This document shows, piece after piece, positions 8,327 to 18,001 of a stretch of DNA of 47,448 nucleotides (positions within the stretch are counted from its first letter, which is position 1; each line of letters starts with the position of its first letter). The notes below the pieces were generated by a model. It did not search any database and was not told the DNA's origin. It saw only the letters and a list, made by a program, of their open reading frames with translations. The stretch spans positions 1-47,448 of the forward strand of contig JACVXU010000001.1 of NCBI GenBank assembly GCA_015661185.1, read 5' to 3'. This stretch comes from Bacteroidota bacterium. Lineage in GTDB: Bacteria > Bacteroidota > Ignavibacteria > UBA10030. A program made the position numbers and the translations under genes.

Positions 8327-10150
8327 TTACGAGCCTGCCGCGAGTACCGGCTTCACCTTCTCAATGAATTCCTTCGGAGGGAGGTAACCGACAACGCGGG
8401 AACTTGCAACTTCCTGACCACGCTTATCAATGAACACAATCGTTGGGACTCCCGCGATGCTGAACTTCTTTCGCAGGGCCTCTGATTCGGGAGAATCGAA
8501 ATGTGTGAGGTCAACCTTGAGCCGTATGAAATCTTTCGTTTCGGCAATCACACCGGGATCGGTAAACGTTTTTCGGTCGAGCTCAAGACAGGGAATACAC
8601 CAGTCTGCGTAGAAGTCAATGACGACAGGCTTGTTCAGGCTCATTGCTTCGGCGATCTTTGCTTCAGAGAATTGCTCCCAACTCATACCTTCCTCACGTA
8701 GAGCATTCGCCGACATGAAACCGAAAACCAGTGCGATGACACCGAACGCCCACTTGAATCGCTGCAGCCCCTTTTTTCCTTTTCCGGACGGTTCGAGAAA
8801 ACCAAGATAGAGACCGCCGAGAATCAGTGCGACTGGAATGACATACGCGGAATATTTGGGGACAAATGCCAGCGAGACATAGAACACCCCGGCTGCGCTG
8901 AGGATGACCCCGAAGAGCCTTTCGACCCAGACGAGCCAGTCGCCGGAGCGCGGGATTTTTTTCAACATCCCGGAGAACGTGCCGAGAATCAGGTATGGAA
9001 ATCCGAGACCGAGCGAAAGCGTGAAAAACACCCAGAATCCGAAAACCGGGTCAGCCTTAGAGCTGACGAGCGTAAGAAGCGCAATGACAGGAGGGCCGAT
9101 GCATGGCGCGGCGAAAACGCCCACCACAAGTCCTGAAAGATAGAGACTGATTATTCCCGTCCCCGTTGTCCCGCCGAGCTTGCTTGTCAGCCAGTACGGC
9201 ATCTGAATCTGGTAAAGCCCGAAGCTGCTCAGTGCGAGACCGATGAGCAGAGCACCGATGCCGCCGAGAACCCACGGGCTCTGAAGCCAGCTCCCAAATA
9301 ATGTCCCGCTGAGCGCAGCGCTAACACCAAGAACGGTGTACATCGTCGCGATGCCGAGCACGTACGTCACTGCTTTTAGGAAAACCTTCAGCGCGCTGGT
9401 TTCAGACTGACTGCCGAAAAGCGAGACGGTCACCGAGAGCATGGGATAGACGCAAGGGGTGAGGTTGAGTGCCAGCCCGATCAAAAAAACCGCGAGGAAC
9501 GATACGAATGCTCCTCTCTCATCGAACAGTTGACCAATATCGCTTTTGTTGCTGCTTGTCGGCGTGCTTCCCTCGATGTAATAGGAAGAGAAAATGTCGT
9601 CGTTGATCGAATTCGATTTCTCATCGGGGCCGACAATCTCCAGCGGGATCAGGACGTCAATCGACGCTGGTGCGAGGCAGACCTGGTCATTACAGGCCTG
9701 AACCTGGAGTTTTGCCCTCAACGTGTCTTTCCCGACAGCGATCCGGTCCGAAAGCTTGATTGTGTAGAAGATCGTGGGGCTTCCCTCATAGACGCTCAGC
9801 GAGTCTTCGGCGAAGCCGAACTTGAGATTCTTTCCTTTAGGATACCGAAGATCCACAACGATGAAGCCTTCACGCTGCTGCGGCTCAAGGGAGGTCGCAA
9901 TCAGGTATTCGTACGTTGGTGTGTTCGAGTTGATGTGCCAGCCTTCCGCGATCTTCAGAATAGTCGCAGCTTTGAACTCCGAACCGGCAGCAGCCTTGTC
10001 GACTGAGAGTTTCGATTCAACCCGCACTTTCCCTGCGCTCGAACTCGGGCCGCCGCCGATCTGGAAAGCGGCTGAGGGCGCAGTCAGCGATGCGTAGATG
10101 AAGAGTGCGAAGAACAGAAGGCGTCCGGAGATTGACCCTACTTGGTGCAT
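8327..10150 (-). CDS. dsbD: Thiol:disulfide interchange protein DsbD
   Basis: N-terminal domain 'QACNDQVCLAP'; TM domain 'LTPCVYPM' and 'AAPCIGP'; C-terminal thioredoxin 'DFYADWCIPC'. Confidence 0.92.
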   Translation of the reverse strand: MHQVGSISGRLLFFALFIYASLTAPSAAFQIGGGPSSSAGKVRVESKLSVDKAAAGSEFKAATILKIAEGWHINSNTPTYEYLIATSLEPQQREGFIVVDLRYPKGKNLKFGFAEDSLSVYEGSPTIFYTIKLSDRIAVGKDTLRAKLQVQACNDQVCLAPASIDVLIPLEIVGPDEKSNSINDDIFSSYYIEGSTPTSSNKSDIGQLFDERGAFVSFLAVFLIGLALNLTPCVYPMLSVTVSLFGSQSETSALKVFLKAVTYVLGIATMYTVLGVSAALSGTLFGSWLQSPWVLGGIGALLIGLALSSFGLYQIQMPYWLTSKLGGTTGTGIISLYLSGLVVGVFAAPCIGPPVIALLTLVSSKADPVFGFWVFFTLSLGLGFPYLILGTFSGMLKKIPRSGDWLVWVERLFGVILSAAGVFYVSLAFVPKYSAYVIPVALILGGLYLGFLEPSGKGKKGLQRFKWAFGVIALVFGFMSANALREEGMSWEQFSEAKIAEAMSLNKPVVIDFYADWCIPCLELDRKTFTDPGVIAETKDFIRLKVDLTHFDSPESEALRKKFSIAGVPTIVFIDKRGQEVASSRVVGYLPPKEFIEKVKPVLAAGS

Positions 10151-10182
10151 ACGATAGTGTCCTTACGCGAGAAGTAAAAAAA

Positions 10183-10671
10183 TCAGACGCCCTTCTTCAA
10201 GAGCGGTTTGATCTTGGCTTCCAACATTGCCTTCGTCATTACGCCAGTGTGCTCATCAACGATGTTGCCGTTCGGATCGATGATAAAGGTCGTGGGGATG
10301 AACTGGATCTTGCCAAAGGTCGAGGCGACCGTCCCGTTGTCGAGCACCACCGGATAATTGATGTTGTTCTGCTTCACGAATGGATTCACTTTTTCCCATC
10401 CACCCTTATCAAGCGAGATGCCGACAATTTCCACCCCCTGGTCCTTGTACTTCTTGTAAACTTCGATGAAATCGGGGATCTCCTGCCGGCAGGGCCCGCA
10501 CCAGGTCGCCCAGAAATTCAGAATTACAACCTTCCCCTTATTCTGGTACAGTTCATACTTCTTCCCGTCACCAGTCTTCAATGAGAAGTTCGGAGCTTTC
10601 TTTTGAGCTGTTGCTTCAGTGAACAAACCGATGCTCAGAGCTATGATCAAAACAGCTGCGATGCGCTTCAT
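10183..10671 (-). CDS. TlpA/ResA-family thiol-disulfide reductase
   Basis: Signal peptide; 'APNFSL', 'LNFWATWCGPCRQEIP', 'IPTTFIID'. Confidence 0.93.
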   Translation of the reverse strand: MKRIAAVLIIALSIGLFTEATAQKKAPNFSLKTGDGKKYELYQNKGKVVILNFWATWCGPCRQEIPDFIEVYKKYKDQGVEIVGISLDKGGWEKVNPFVKQNNINYPVVLDNGTVASTFGKIQFIPTTFIIDPNGNIVDEHTGVMTKAMLEAKIKPLLKKGV

Positions 10672-10797
10672 GTTGATCCCTTTTCCCTTTGTGAATGAAC
10701 TCCGTTTTTTATCTGAAAATCTTGGGGTCCGTCGGTGGTAGAACCTAACTCAAAAAGTCCTCGGAGAGCAGAGCATCGTGATCGGGATCAATGAATG

Positions 10798-10882
10798 GCA
10801 CACTGATGACACTGATGTAACGAGATCTGCGCGGATAATCAATCTGTGACAATCTCGTGCCTCTTCTGCGTCATCTGTGTGC
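10798..10882. repeat. Imperfect inverted array of 9-12 nt spaced heptamer cores (hairpin)
   Basis: Left cores CACTGAT, CACTGAT, ACGAGAT, CGCGGAT. Right cores ATCTGTG, ATCTCGT, TTCTGCG, ATCTGTG. The loop is 5 nt. Confidence 0.75.
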
Positions 10883-11182
10883 TAAACATCGAACCAAGAT
10901 TTCGTCAGCATTTGTATTTTTGAGATTAGTTCTAATTGCCTCAAATCCCGGCAAACTCGCAATTGTCTCCGGCATCAGAGGTGTGAGTCGCTTGTTAGAT
11001 GCAGGAATCAGCAAGAAGACGCCGGATTCGAAGAGCGCACTCAAGAATTCCCAGTTAAAAGTCAAATGATCCAGAGGCTCGGGCGAATAGTATAGCGAAC
11101 ATTTTTCCAAAGGGCAACGCGACTCATCGTCGCCGAGTTGTCATCGATGACTGCCATCTGATTTGTTCTCTCCGCGCATTTC

Positions 11183-11211
11183 TTGATTTTACCTGCAATT
11201 ATGGCTACTTT
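11183..11211 (+). promoter_or_regulatory. Putative sigma70-type promoter of the peptidoglycan-salvage operon
   Basis: TTGATT-N17-TACTTT, then SD GAGGT (11216-11220) and ATG 11226. Confidence 0.5.
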
Positions 11212-11225
11212 CTTCGAGGTGTCCT

Positions 11226-12179
11226 ATGGCAAAAAGACAATTCGTTGTAGGGATGGACGGTGGAGCGACGAAGACCGCCGCTATGCTCAGCGATTTGGCT
11301 GGCCAGGTCCTGGCGGAAGAAACTGGCGGCCCGAGCAATCCGCAGGTTGTCGGTGCTGAAAAATCCGCGGATGTCATCGTCGATCTCCTTGAAAAACTGT
11401 GCAGCAAAGCGAAGTGCGGAACCAACGAGGTCCTTTTCACCGTCGCCGGACTTGCCGGAGCCGGTCGCGAAGGAGACAAAGAACGTGTTCGGTTGGCTGC
11501 AGTGGCAGTGGCAAAGAAACGTAAGCTGGCGATTGGGAAAGTTCGTATCGAGAGCGATGGAAGAATCTCGCTCGAGGGGGCTTTCAAGGGCCGGTTGGGT
11601 ATCATCCTGATTGCAGGGACGGGCTCGTTCTCATTGGCGAAGGATCACAAGGGAGGAATCCATCGCGCGGGAGGATGGGGAAGGGTTGTTGGTGATGAAG
11701 GAAGTGGCTATGTTATTGGCCGCGATGGCCTGAACGCTGTGGCGAAGCATCTTGACGGGCGCGGAAAAGCGACAATGTTGACGAAGCTTGTCGATGAGCG
11801 ACTCGGTCTCTCGAATCAGGAGAAGATCATAAGTGGCGTGTACAGGGAGAACTTCGACGTCGCCAAAGTGGCGCCGCTTGTGATTGAAGCGGCTGAGGGG
11901 AAAGACACAGAGTGTGCGCGAATTCTGAACAAGGCTACATTCGAGCTTTTTGAACATGTGCGGACGCTGGTGAATAAGATCGAGCAATCGTCACGCGCCC
12001 GGTCAAAAATATCCCTTTCGTTCATTGGCAGCCTGATCAGTAACGACAATATTTATCGGAAAATCCTGACTAACAAGATTACATTCTCTTTGCCCCAGGT
12101 CAATGTCATTGCTCCTGAAACGCCGCCGGCGTACGGAGCTGTCCTTCTATCCATCCAATCGGCCCAGGAACAGCTATGA
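11226..12179 (+). CDS. BadF/BadG/BcrA/BcrD-family sugar kinase (GlcNAc/MurNAc kinase-like)
   Basis: 'GMDGGATKT', 'AGLAGAG', 'ILIAGTGS', '[18 protein letters not shown]'. Confidence 0.88.
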   Translation: MAKRQFVVGMDGGATKTAAMLSDLAGQVLAEETGGPSNPQVVGAEKSADVIVDLLEKLCSKAKCGTNEVLFTVAGLAGAGREGDKERVRLAAVAVAKKRKLAIGKVRIESDGRISLEGAFKGRLGIILIAGTGSFSLAKDHKGGIHRAGGWGRVVGDEGSGYVIGRDGLNAVAKHLDGRGKATMLTKLVDERLGLSNQEKIISGVYRENFDVAKVAPLVIEAAEGKDTECARILNKATFELFEHVRTLVNKIEQSSRARSKISLSFIGSLISNDNIYRKILTNKITFSLPQVNVIAPETPPAYGAVLLSIQSAQEQL

Positions 12180-13648
12180 GTGTGATTTCTGTCGCTCTTC
12201 CGTTCTCCACACAACCCCATTTCGAGTCTATTCTTCGTCAATTCATTGACTCACCCCTCGTAGAGAAGATCTTTGTTATCCATTCCGGCCAATATTCCGG
12301 CAGGCATGACAAATGCGAGGGATTCCTCTCCCATACGCTGACTGCCGGCACGACGTTGAACACGATCCTGAAAAGGATTACGTCGGACTATTTTCTTTTC
12401 ATTACGCAATCGCAGGAGATTCAGCTCGGTCAGGCGGCGCTGGAGCGGTTTGTCGGAATCGCTCAGCAGACGTCCTCCGGCATGTGCTACTCCGACTTTT
12501 TCGAGATCAAGAAGGGGGTGCGGACGGAGCGGCCGGTGATTGATTGTCAGTTTGGCAGCGTGCGTGACAACTTCGAATTCGGAGCGTTGCTCTTCTTCTC
12601 AATGGCAGCGGTCCGGGCTGCCCTGAAGAAGTGCGGCGATCTTGCTGCTGTCGATGTCGCCGGGCTCTATGACCTTCGGCTGAAGGTGTCCGTCGATCAC
12701 AGTCTCTTTCATGTGCAGGAGTACCTCTACACGAAAGTCGAATCCGATTTGCGTCTGACCGGGGAGAAACTCTTCGACTACGTCGATCCCAGGAACCAGG
12801 CCGCTCAGAAAGAAATGGAAGCGGTCGTGACGCAGCATCTGAAACACGTCAATGTCTATCTTGCGCCCAACTTCAAATCCATCCCGGCTTCTGAAGACAC
12901 ATTCCCGGTTGAAGCAAGTGTTGTCATTCCTGTCCGGGACCGTGAGCACACGATTGCGGATGCCGTCCTGAGTGCCCTTCAACAGAAGTTTGACCAGGCC
13001 TTCAATGTCATCGTTGTTGATAATCACTCGTCCGATGGGACGACCAGGATCATGGAGGATCTCGCTGCACGGCACCCGGCAGTGAAACACATCATCCCGA
13101 CCCGGCATGATCTTGGCATCGGCGGATGCTGGAACGAAGCTGTATTCTCAGTCCATTGTGGACGCTATGCTGTTCAACTCGATTCCGATGACATCTATAG
13201 CGGACCCGACACATTGCGGAAGATCGTCGACGTGTTCCGGAGTGGCCAGTACGCGATGGTGATCGGCTCCTACAAACTCGTCAATATGAAACTTGAGGAA
13301 CTCCCGCCGGGCATCATAGATCATCGCGAATGGACACCCGACAACGGCCGGAACAATGCGCTGAGAATCAATGGCCTCGGAGCGCCGCGGGCGTTCAACA
13401 CGTCGCTGCTCAGAACGGTGAGACTGCCAAACGTGAGCTACGGCGAGGACTACGCGGTTGCGCTCCAATTGTCCCGTGAGTATCAGATCGGGAGGATCTT
13501 CGAACCTCTGTATCTCTGTCGCCGGTGGGAGGGGAACACCGACGCAGCGCTCTCGATCGAGAGAGCGAATCGCTACGATGTTTATAAAGACAAGATTCGC
13601 ACCATTGAAATGATGGCTCGCCAACGCCTCAATCATCAAGGAGAATAG
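12176..13648 (+). CDS. Glycosyltransferase family 2 (degenerate N-terminal GT-A-like domain plus C-terminal GT2)
   Basis: 'SVVIPVRDR', '[10 protein letters not shown]', DxD 'QLDSDD', 'YGEDY'. ATGA overlap with the kinase gene. Confidence 0.88.
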   Translation: MSVISVALPFSTQPHFESILRQFIDSPLVEKIFVIHSGQYSGRHDKCEGFLSHTLTAGTTLNTILKRITSDYFLFITQSQEIQLGQAALERFVGIAQQTSSGMCYSDFFEIKKGVRTERPVIDCQFGSVRDNFEFGALLFFSMAAVRAALKKCGDLAAVDVAGLYDLRLKVSVDHSLFHVQEYLYTKVESDLRLTGEKLFDYVDPRNQAAQKEMEAVVTQHLKHVNVYLAPNFKSIPASEDTFPVEASVVIPVRDREHTIADAVLSALQQKFDQAFNVIVVDNHSSDGTTRIMEDLAARHPAVKHIIPTRHDLGIGGCWNEAVFSVHCGRYAVQLDSDDIYSGPDTLRKIVDVFRSGQYAMVIGSYKLVNMKLEELPPGIIDHREWTPDNGRNNALRINGLGAPRAFNTSLLRTVRLPNVSYGEDYAVALQLSREYQIGRIFEPLYLCRRWEGNTDAALSIERANRYDVYKDKIRTIEMMARQRLNHQGE

Positions 13649-13649
13649 C

Positions 13650-14159
13650 ATGGCACAACTCGTTCGTCGCTGGACACTCGATGATCTAACAGTTATTCAG
13701 GAAGTCCTCTGGAAGACGTGGCTCGATTCCTATTCGCATTTCATTCCGGAGGAGGACCTGAAAAGCTATTTCTCGGAGCATTACGACCGTGACTCATTGA
13801 GAACGTTGTTTCACAACCCCCTGGCTGACGGTTTCGTGGCACTTGATGACGAAAAGGTGGCTGGATTCATGAGGACGGCCCGCGATACCGAGGAGAACCG
13901 ATACTACGTCTCTTCCATTTACGTCCTCCCGCAATTTCAGGGGAGAAAAATTGGAAAGGCGCTGATGGAACGTGCCGGGCAGGAGGCAAAAGCCTTCAAG
14001 CTCGACCGGATCTGGATAGGAGTCATGGTGCAGAACACCCAGGCTGTGGACTGGTACAAGTCGATGGGGTATGAAGTTGTTCGCACAGAGCCGTTCACGA
14101 TGGGAAAATCGACCGTCGATCATTACATTGGATTTGTCAAGATCGATTCGCTACGCTGA
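13650..14159 (+). CDS. GNAT-family N-acetyltransferase
   Basis: 'SIYVLPQFQGRKIGKALM', 'NTQAVDWYKSMGYE'; SD AGGAG. Confidence 0.9.
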   Translation: MAQLVRRWTLDDLTVIQEVLWKTWLDSYSHFIPEEDLKSYFSEHYDRDSLRTLFHNPLADGFVALDDEKVAGFMRTARDTEENRYYVSSIYVLPQFQGRKIGKALMERAGQEAKAFKLDRIWIGVMVQNTQAVDWYKSMGYEVVRTEPFTMGKSTVDHYIGFVKIDSLR

Positions 14160-14220
14160 GGAAGCGGTCTCCGCGAGAGGAAAGCCTGCCCTCGCTGCAC
14201 AATCAGATCGTTGAGAAAAC

Positions 14221-14259
14221 CCGAAATCCTTTGCCGAAATCCTTTGCCAAAATCCTTTG
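14221..14259 (+). repeat. 13-bp tandem repeat, three copies
   Basis: CCGAAATCCTTTG CCGAAATCCTTTG CCAAAATCCTTTG. The last TTG is the predicted start of the next gene. Confidence 0.9.
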
Positions 14260-15243
14260 ATTGACCCCAAGATTTTCGCCGTATTCGATCTGAAGTCCCC
14301 GAAGAGCTCGCTCCCTGAGCTCGCGGTGAGGCTGCTCGACGGGCAGAAAGAGACGTGGCCGCAGCTGACCGCAGGGTACTCGTCGCTTGACTCGATCCGG
14401 CTGCGCGAGGTCCGGTGTGGAGGCTATTCGGTCTGGCTTCAGTTCAATCCCGGCCGCATCGTCAGCACCGGGGCAAAGGTTGATGCCCAGTCTATCAGAG
14501 AACGCCGGTGTTTCCTCTGTGTGCAAAACCTTCCTGCGGCGCAGAACGGAATCCTGTACCGGGATGAATTCCTGATACTCTGCAATCCCGCCCCGATTTT
14601 CCGTGAGCACTTCACGATCTCACACGTCGATCATGTTCCGCAGTTGTTCAGCAACTCTGTTGTCCGGTTTCTGGAGCTCGCCCGCGATCTGAGTCCGCGG
14701 TACACCGTCTTCTATAACGGTCCGAGGTGCGGGGCTTCGGCTCCCGACCACATGCACTTCCAGGCGAGCCCTTCCGGAACAATACCTGTGGAAGAAGCGG
14801 CACGCGAAAAAAGCCGGCGAATGCGCAGAAAGCATGTCCGGGGTGTGGAAATTCTGACGCTCGCAGATTTCGGTCGGGAAGTCATCGTCCTCGAATCTCA
14901 GCAGATCGAACGTCTCGGGCACGTCCTGCTCGATCTCCTCGAAGCGCTCCCCGCCGCTACGGGCACAAAGGAAGAGCCGATGATGAACCTGCTCTGCTCG
15001 TATGGCGATTCCGCGTGGCGGGTGATCCTGTTCCCGAGAAGCAAACATCGTCCCGATGCATATTTCAAGGAGGGGGATGAGCGCATTCTCATAAGCCCGG
15101 CGGCGGTTGACATTGGCGGACTGATCGTCACTCCGCTGGAAAAGGACTTCAACACTGTCGACGCAAGAACCGTTGAAGGGATCTTTCGTGAAGTGAGCAT
15201 CCCGCAAGCGACGGTGGAAGCGGCGATAGAAGAACTTTCCTGA
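14257..15243 (+). CDS. DUF4922-family protein with an HxHxQ (HIT/GalT-superfamily-like) motif
   Basis: 'QFNPGRIVSTGAKVD', 'CFLC', 'LCNPAPIF.EHFTI', 'FYNGPRCGASAPDHMHFQA', 'KHRP', 'ISPAAVDIGG'. Confidence 0.82.
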   Translation: MIDPKIFAVFDLKSPKSSLPELAVRLLDGQKETWPQLTAGYSSLDSIRLREVRCGGYSVWLQFNPGRIVSTGAKVDAQSIRERRCFLCVQNLPAAQNGILYRDEFLILCNPAPIFREHFTISHVDHVPQLFSNSVVRFLELARDLSPRYTVFYNGPRCGASAPDHMHFQASPSGTIPVEEAAREKSRRMRRKHVRGVEILTLADFGREVIVLESQQIERLGHVLLDLLEALPAATGTKEEPMMNLLCSYGDSAWRVILFPRSKHRPDAYFKEGDERILISPAAVDIGGLIVTPLEKDFNTVDARTVEGIFREVSIPQATVEAAIEELS

Positions 15244-15265
15244 TCAACAACATGTACTTAAAGAC

Positions 15266-16600
15266 ATGATCAAAGAAGAACCGAGAATAAACGTTGGTGT
15301 CGTCGAGCATGCGCGCGAAATCCAGGGCGTGTTCAATGGCCCGTTCGAACTCCCGACGAGTGTTCGTCTGGAAGGAGCTTTCACGGCTCGCCTTGTGGGC
15401 GATCGCGTCGTGCTGTTCGACAACGAGGGAATAGAAGTGATGAAAGGGACCGAGATCGTTTGCCGGCCTCTCCGAAGCGGGACATTCACGCTGAAAGGAG
15501 TAACGATCGGAATCAACTTTCATTGGGAACGCAAGGAAGACCAGACGTTTGAGGGGGCACTTTGCCTGCTTTCTTCTCCAGACGGATCAATGACGGCGAT
15601 CAATGAGATAAGCGTTGAAAACTACTTGAAAAGTGTCATATCATCCGAGATGAGTGCAGAGGCTCCCCTTGAGCTGCTCAAAGCGCACGCGATTACCTCG
15701 CGGAGCTGGCTGGTGGCGATGCTCGAGAAGCAAATGCGTGGAAAGAATGTTGGCGCACCGGCGCTTCGGACGCGGGAGACCGGCTCGGAAGTCGTCCGTT
15801 GGTACGATCGGGAAGATCATACTTCTTTCGATGTCTGTGCAGACGACCACTGCCAGCGCTATCAGGGGATCACGAAAATCATCTCGTCCAGGGCTCAGGA
15901 GGCAATCGACGTGACCCGTGGTTCGTTCCTTGTCCATGAGGAAGAGATTTGTGACGCGCGGTACTACAAAGCATGCGGTGGCTTGACAGAATGCTTCGAG
16001 AACGTCTGGGAAGACACGGCGGTGTCCTACTTGCAGACGGTCTCCGACTCAGAGCACCCGCATCCTGCGATCGCCACTGAAACTGACGCCCGCCGGTGGA
16101 TTCTCTCGTCGCCCGATGCATACTGCAACACCACGGATGCGGAGGTGCTGAGGCAGATCCTTCCGTCGTTCGATCAGGAGACCGCCGATTTCTTCCGATG
16201 GCGTATCGAATACTCGCGTGAAGAACTGGAGCGAATCGTCGGGAAAAAATCCGGCATCGACTTCGGGACGATCACGGATTTGGTACCAATGCAAAGGGGT
16301 CCCTCCGGTCGAATCATCCGGTTGAAGATTGTGGGGACAAAAAAGGTTATCGTGGTGGGAAAAGAACTGGAGGTGCGCCGCTGGTTGTCGAACAGCCATC
16401 TCTATAGTTCTGCTTTTGTCGTTGACACAGAGCGTGATCGGGATGGAGTGCCAACGCGGTTCACACTGCGCGGAGCGGGATGGGGGCACGGTGTTGGTTT
16501 GTGCCAGATTGGCGCTGCCGTGATGGCGGCACGCGGAAAGAAGGCGGAAGAGATCGTCCTGCATTATTTCCGAGGTGCCCGGGTGCAGAGGCTGTACTAA
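15266..16600 (+). CDS. SpoIID/LytB-domain protein (lytic transglycosylase family)
   Basis: 'VENYLKSVISSEM...LKAHAITSRS', 'FDVCADDHCQRYQG', 'GAGWGHGVGLCQIGA..MA..G...EEIVLHYF.GA'. Confidence 0.9.
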   Translation: MIKEEPRINVGVVEHAREIQGVFNGPFELPTSVRLEGAFTARLVGDRVVLFDNEGIEVMKGTEIVCRPLRSGTFTLKGVTIGINFHWERKEDQTFEGALCLLSSPDGSMTAINEISVENYLKSVISSEMSAEAPLELLKAHAITSRSWLVAMLEKQMRGKNVGAPALRTRETGSEVVRWYDREDHTSFDVCADDHCQRYQGITKIISSRAQEAIDVTRGSFLVHEEEICDARYYKACGGLTECFENVWEDTAVSYLQTVSDSEHPHPAIATETDARRWILSSPDAYCNTTDAEVLRQILPSFDQETADFFRWRIEYSREELERIVGKKSGIDFGTITDLVPMQRGPSGRIIRLKIVGTKKVIVVGKELEVRRWLSNSHLYSSAFVVDTERDRDGVPTRFTLRGAGWGHGVGLCQIGAAVMAARGKKAEEIVLHYFRGARVQRLY

Positions 16601-16625
16601 ACTGATTCTCAGAGAGGGATCGCAG

Positions 16626-17921
16626 ATGGAAACGAGCAAACCCAATTACCGACAGCCTTGGGCATGGGTACCCAGTTTGTATTTTGCCCAGGGTATCCCA
16701 TACGTCGTTGCTCAGACTGTTTCCGTGATAATGTACAAGCGTTTGGGAATCTCAAATACCGACATTGCCTTCTATACGAGCTTGTTGTATCTCCCCTGGG
16801 TCATCAAACCGTTGTGGAGTCCCTTCGTCGACATGTTCTCCACGAAACGCTTGTGGACTGTCGCATTGCAGTTCGTTATGGGGCTGGCACTTGCCGTCGT
16901 CGCTATCGTTCTGCCTCTCCCCTCATTCTTCACATGGACCCTTGCGATATTTTGGTTGTTGGCTTTTTTTTCAGCCACGCACGATATCGCGGCGGATGGA
17001 TTCTACATGCTTGCCCTGGATCCGCATCAACAGGCGGCATTCGTGGGTGTGAGAAGCACCTTCTACCGGATAGCAATGATCACAGGTTCCGGCCTCCTGG
17101 TGATGCTGGCTGGCCACATTGAATCGAGTAGTGGAGGCAACATCCCTCTTGCCTGGTCTGTCACGTTCGGTGCACTTGCGGGACTTTTCCTGCTCTTCTT
17201 TGCGTATCACAAATTGATGTTGCCCTATCCGATAGTGGACAAACCAACGCTCGTTGACAAATCGAGGTCGGTTTGGCAGGAGTTCGCGCAAACTTTTGTC
17301 ATCTTCTTCAAGAAGAAAGATGTCGTTTCTATTCTCGCTTTTCTTCTGTTCTACCGATTTGCTGAGGCTCAGTTGGTTAAGCTCGTCTCTCCGTTTCTGC
17401 TCGATCCGAGGGATAAAGGGGGGCTCGGGCTCTCGACAGGTGAGGTCGGCATCGTGTACGGTACTGTGGGTATCATCGCGCTGACGCTGGGTGGACTCCT
17501 TGGAGGATACGTTGTCTCAAAGAATGGTTTGAAATACTGGCTCTGGATTATGGTCTTTTCCATCCATTTGCCCGACCTGATGTTTGTGTATCTTTCCCAG
17601 GTTCAACCTGAGAATTTCCTCCTCGTCAATATCGCTGTGGCGATCGAACAATTCGGCTACGGCTTCGGGTTCACTGCGTACATGCTCTATATGATCATTG
17701 TGTCCGCGGGTGATCATAAGACGGCACACTACGCGATCTGTACCGGCTTCATGGCCCTCGGAATGATGGGACCCGGGATGCTGAGCGGGTACTTGCAGGA
17801 GTTCTTGGGTTATAAGAACTTTTTCCTGTGGGTAATCGTTGCCACGATTCCGGGATTTCTTGTCGCTGCATTCGCGAAGATAGATCCACTCTTTGGCAGG
17901 AAAGTCGCGCAGACGCAGTAA
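16626..17921 (+). CDS. ampG: AmpG-family MFS muropeptide permease
   Basis: 'WVPSLYFAQGIPY', 'LPWVIKPLWSPFVD', 'SATHDIAADGFY', 'GVRSTFYRIA'; many TM segments. Start reset to ATG 16626 after GAGAGGGA. Confidence 0.85.
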   Translation: METSKPNYRQPWAWVPSLYFAQGIPYVVAQTVSVIMYKRLGISNTDIAFYTSLLYLPWVIKPLWSPFVDMFSTKRLWTVALQFVMGLALAVVAIVLPLPSFFTWTLAIFWLLAFFSATHDIAADGFYMLALDPHQQAAFVGVRSTFYRIAMITGSGLLVMLAGHIESSSGGNIPLAWSVTFGALAGLFLLFFAYHKLMLPYPIVDKPTLVDKSRSVWQEFAQTFVIFFKKKDVVSILAFLLFYRFAEAQLVKLVSPFLLDPRDKGGLGLSTGEVGIVYGTVGIIALTLGGLLGGYVVSKNGLKYWLWIMVFSIHLPDLMFVYLSQVQPENFLLVNIAVAIEQFGYGFGFTAYMLYMIIVSAGDHKTAHYAICTGFMALGMMGPGMLSGYLQEFLGYKNFFLWVIVATIPGFLVAAFAKIDPLFGRKVAQTQ

Positions 17922-17930
17922 TGATCTGGA

Positions 17931-17959
17931 TTGATTCTGTAGACTTTGCTGTGTACCTT
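17931..17959 (+). promoter_or_regulatory. Putative internal promoter upstream of the GH3 fusion gene
   Basis: TTGATT-N17-TACCTT. Confidence 0.4.
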
Positions 17960-18001
17960 TCACAATATTTTTTGCCACATATATTCTCCAGGGAGATTGA
18001 A

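Noticed and set aside
10857-11110. Overlapping 70-aa (+) and 79-aa (-) ORFs next to the periodic hairpin
   Set aside because: No GxxExxY or other recognisable motif and no clear SD. They cannot be supported as genes, although a decayed remnant is not excluded.
17828-18001. N-terminal extension of the GH3 fusion ORF
   Set aside because: It overlaps ampG and a candidate promoter; the SD and signal peptide point to 18002 or 18038.
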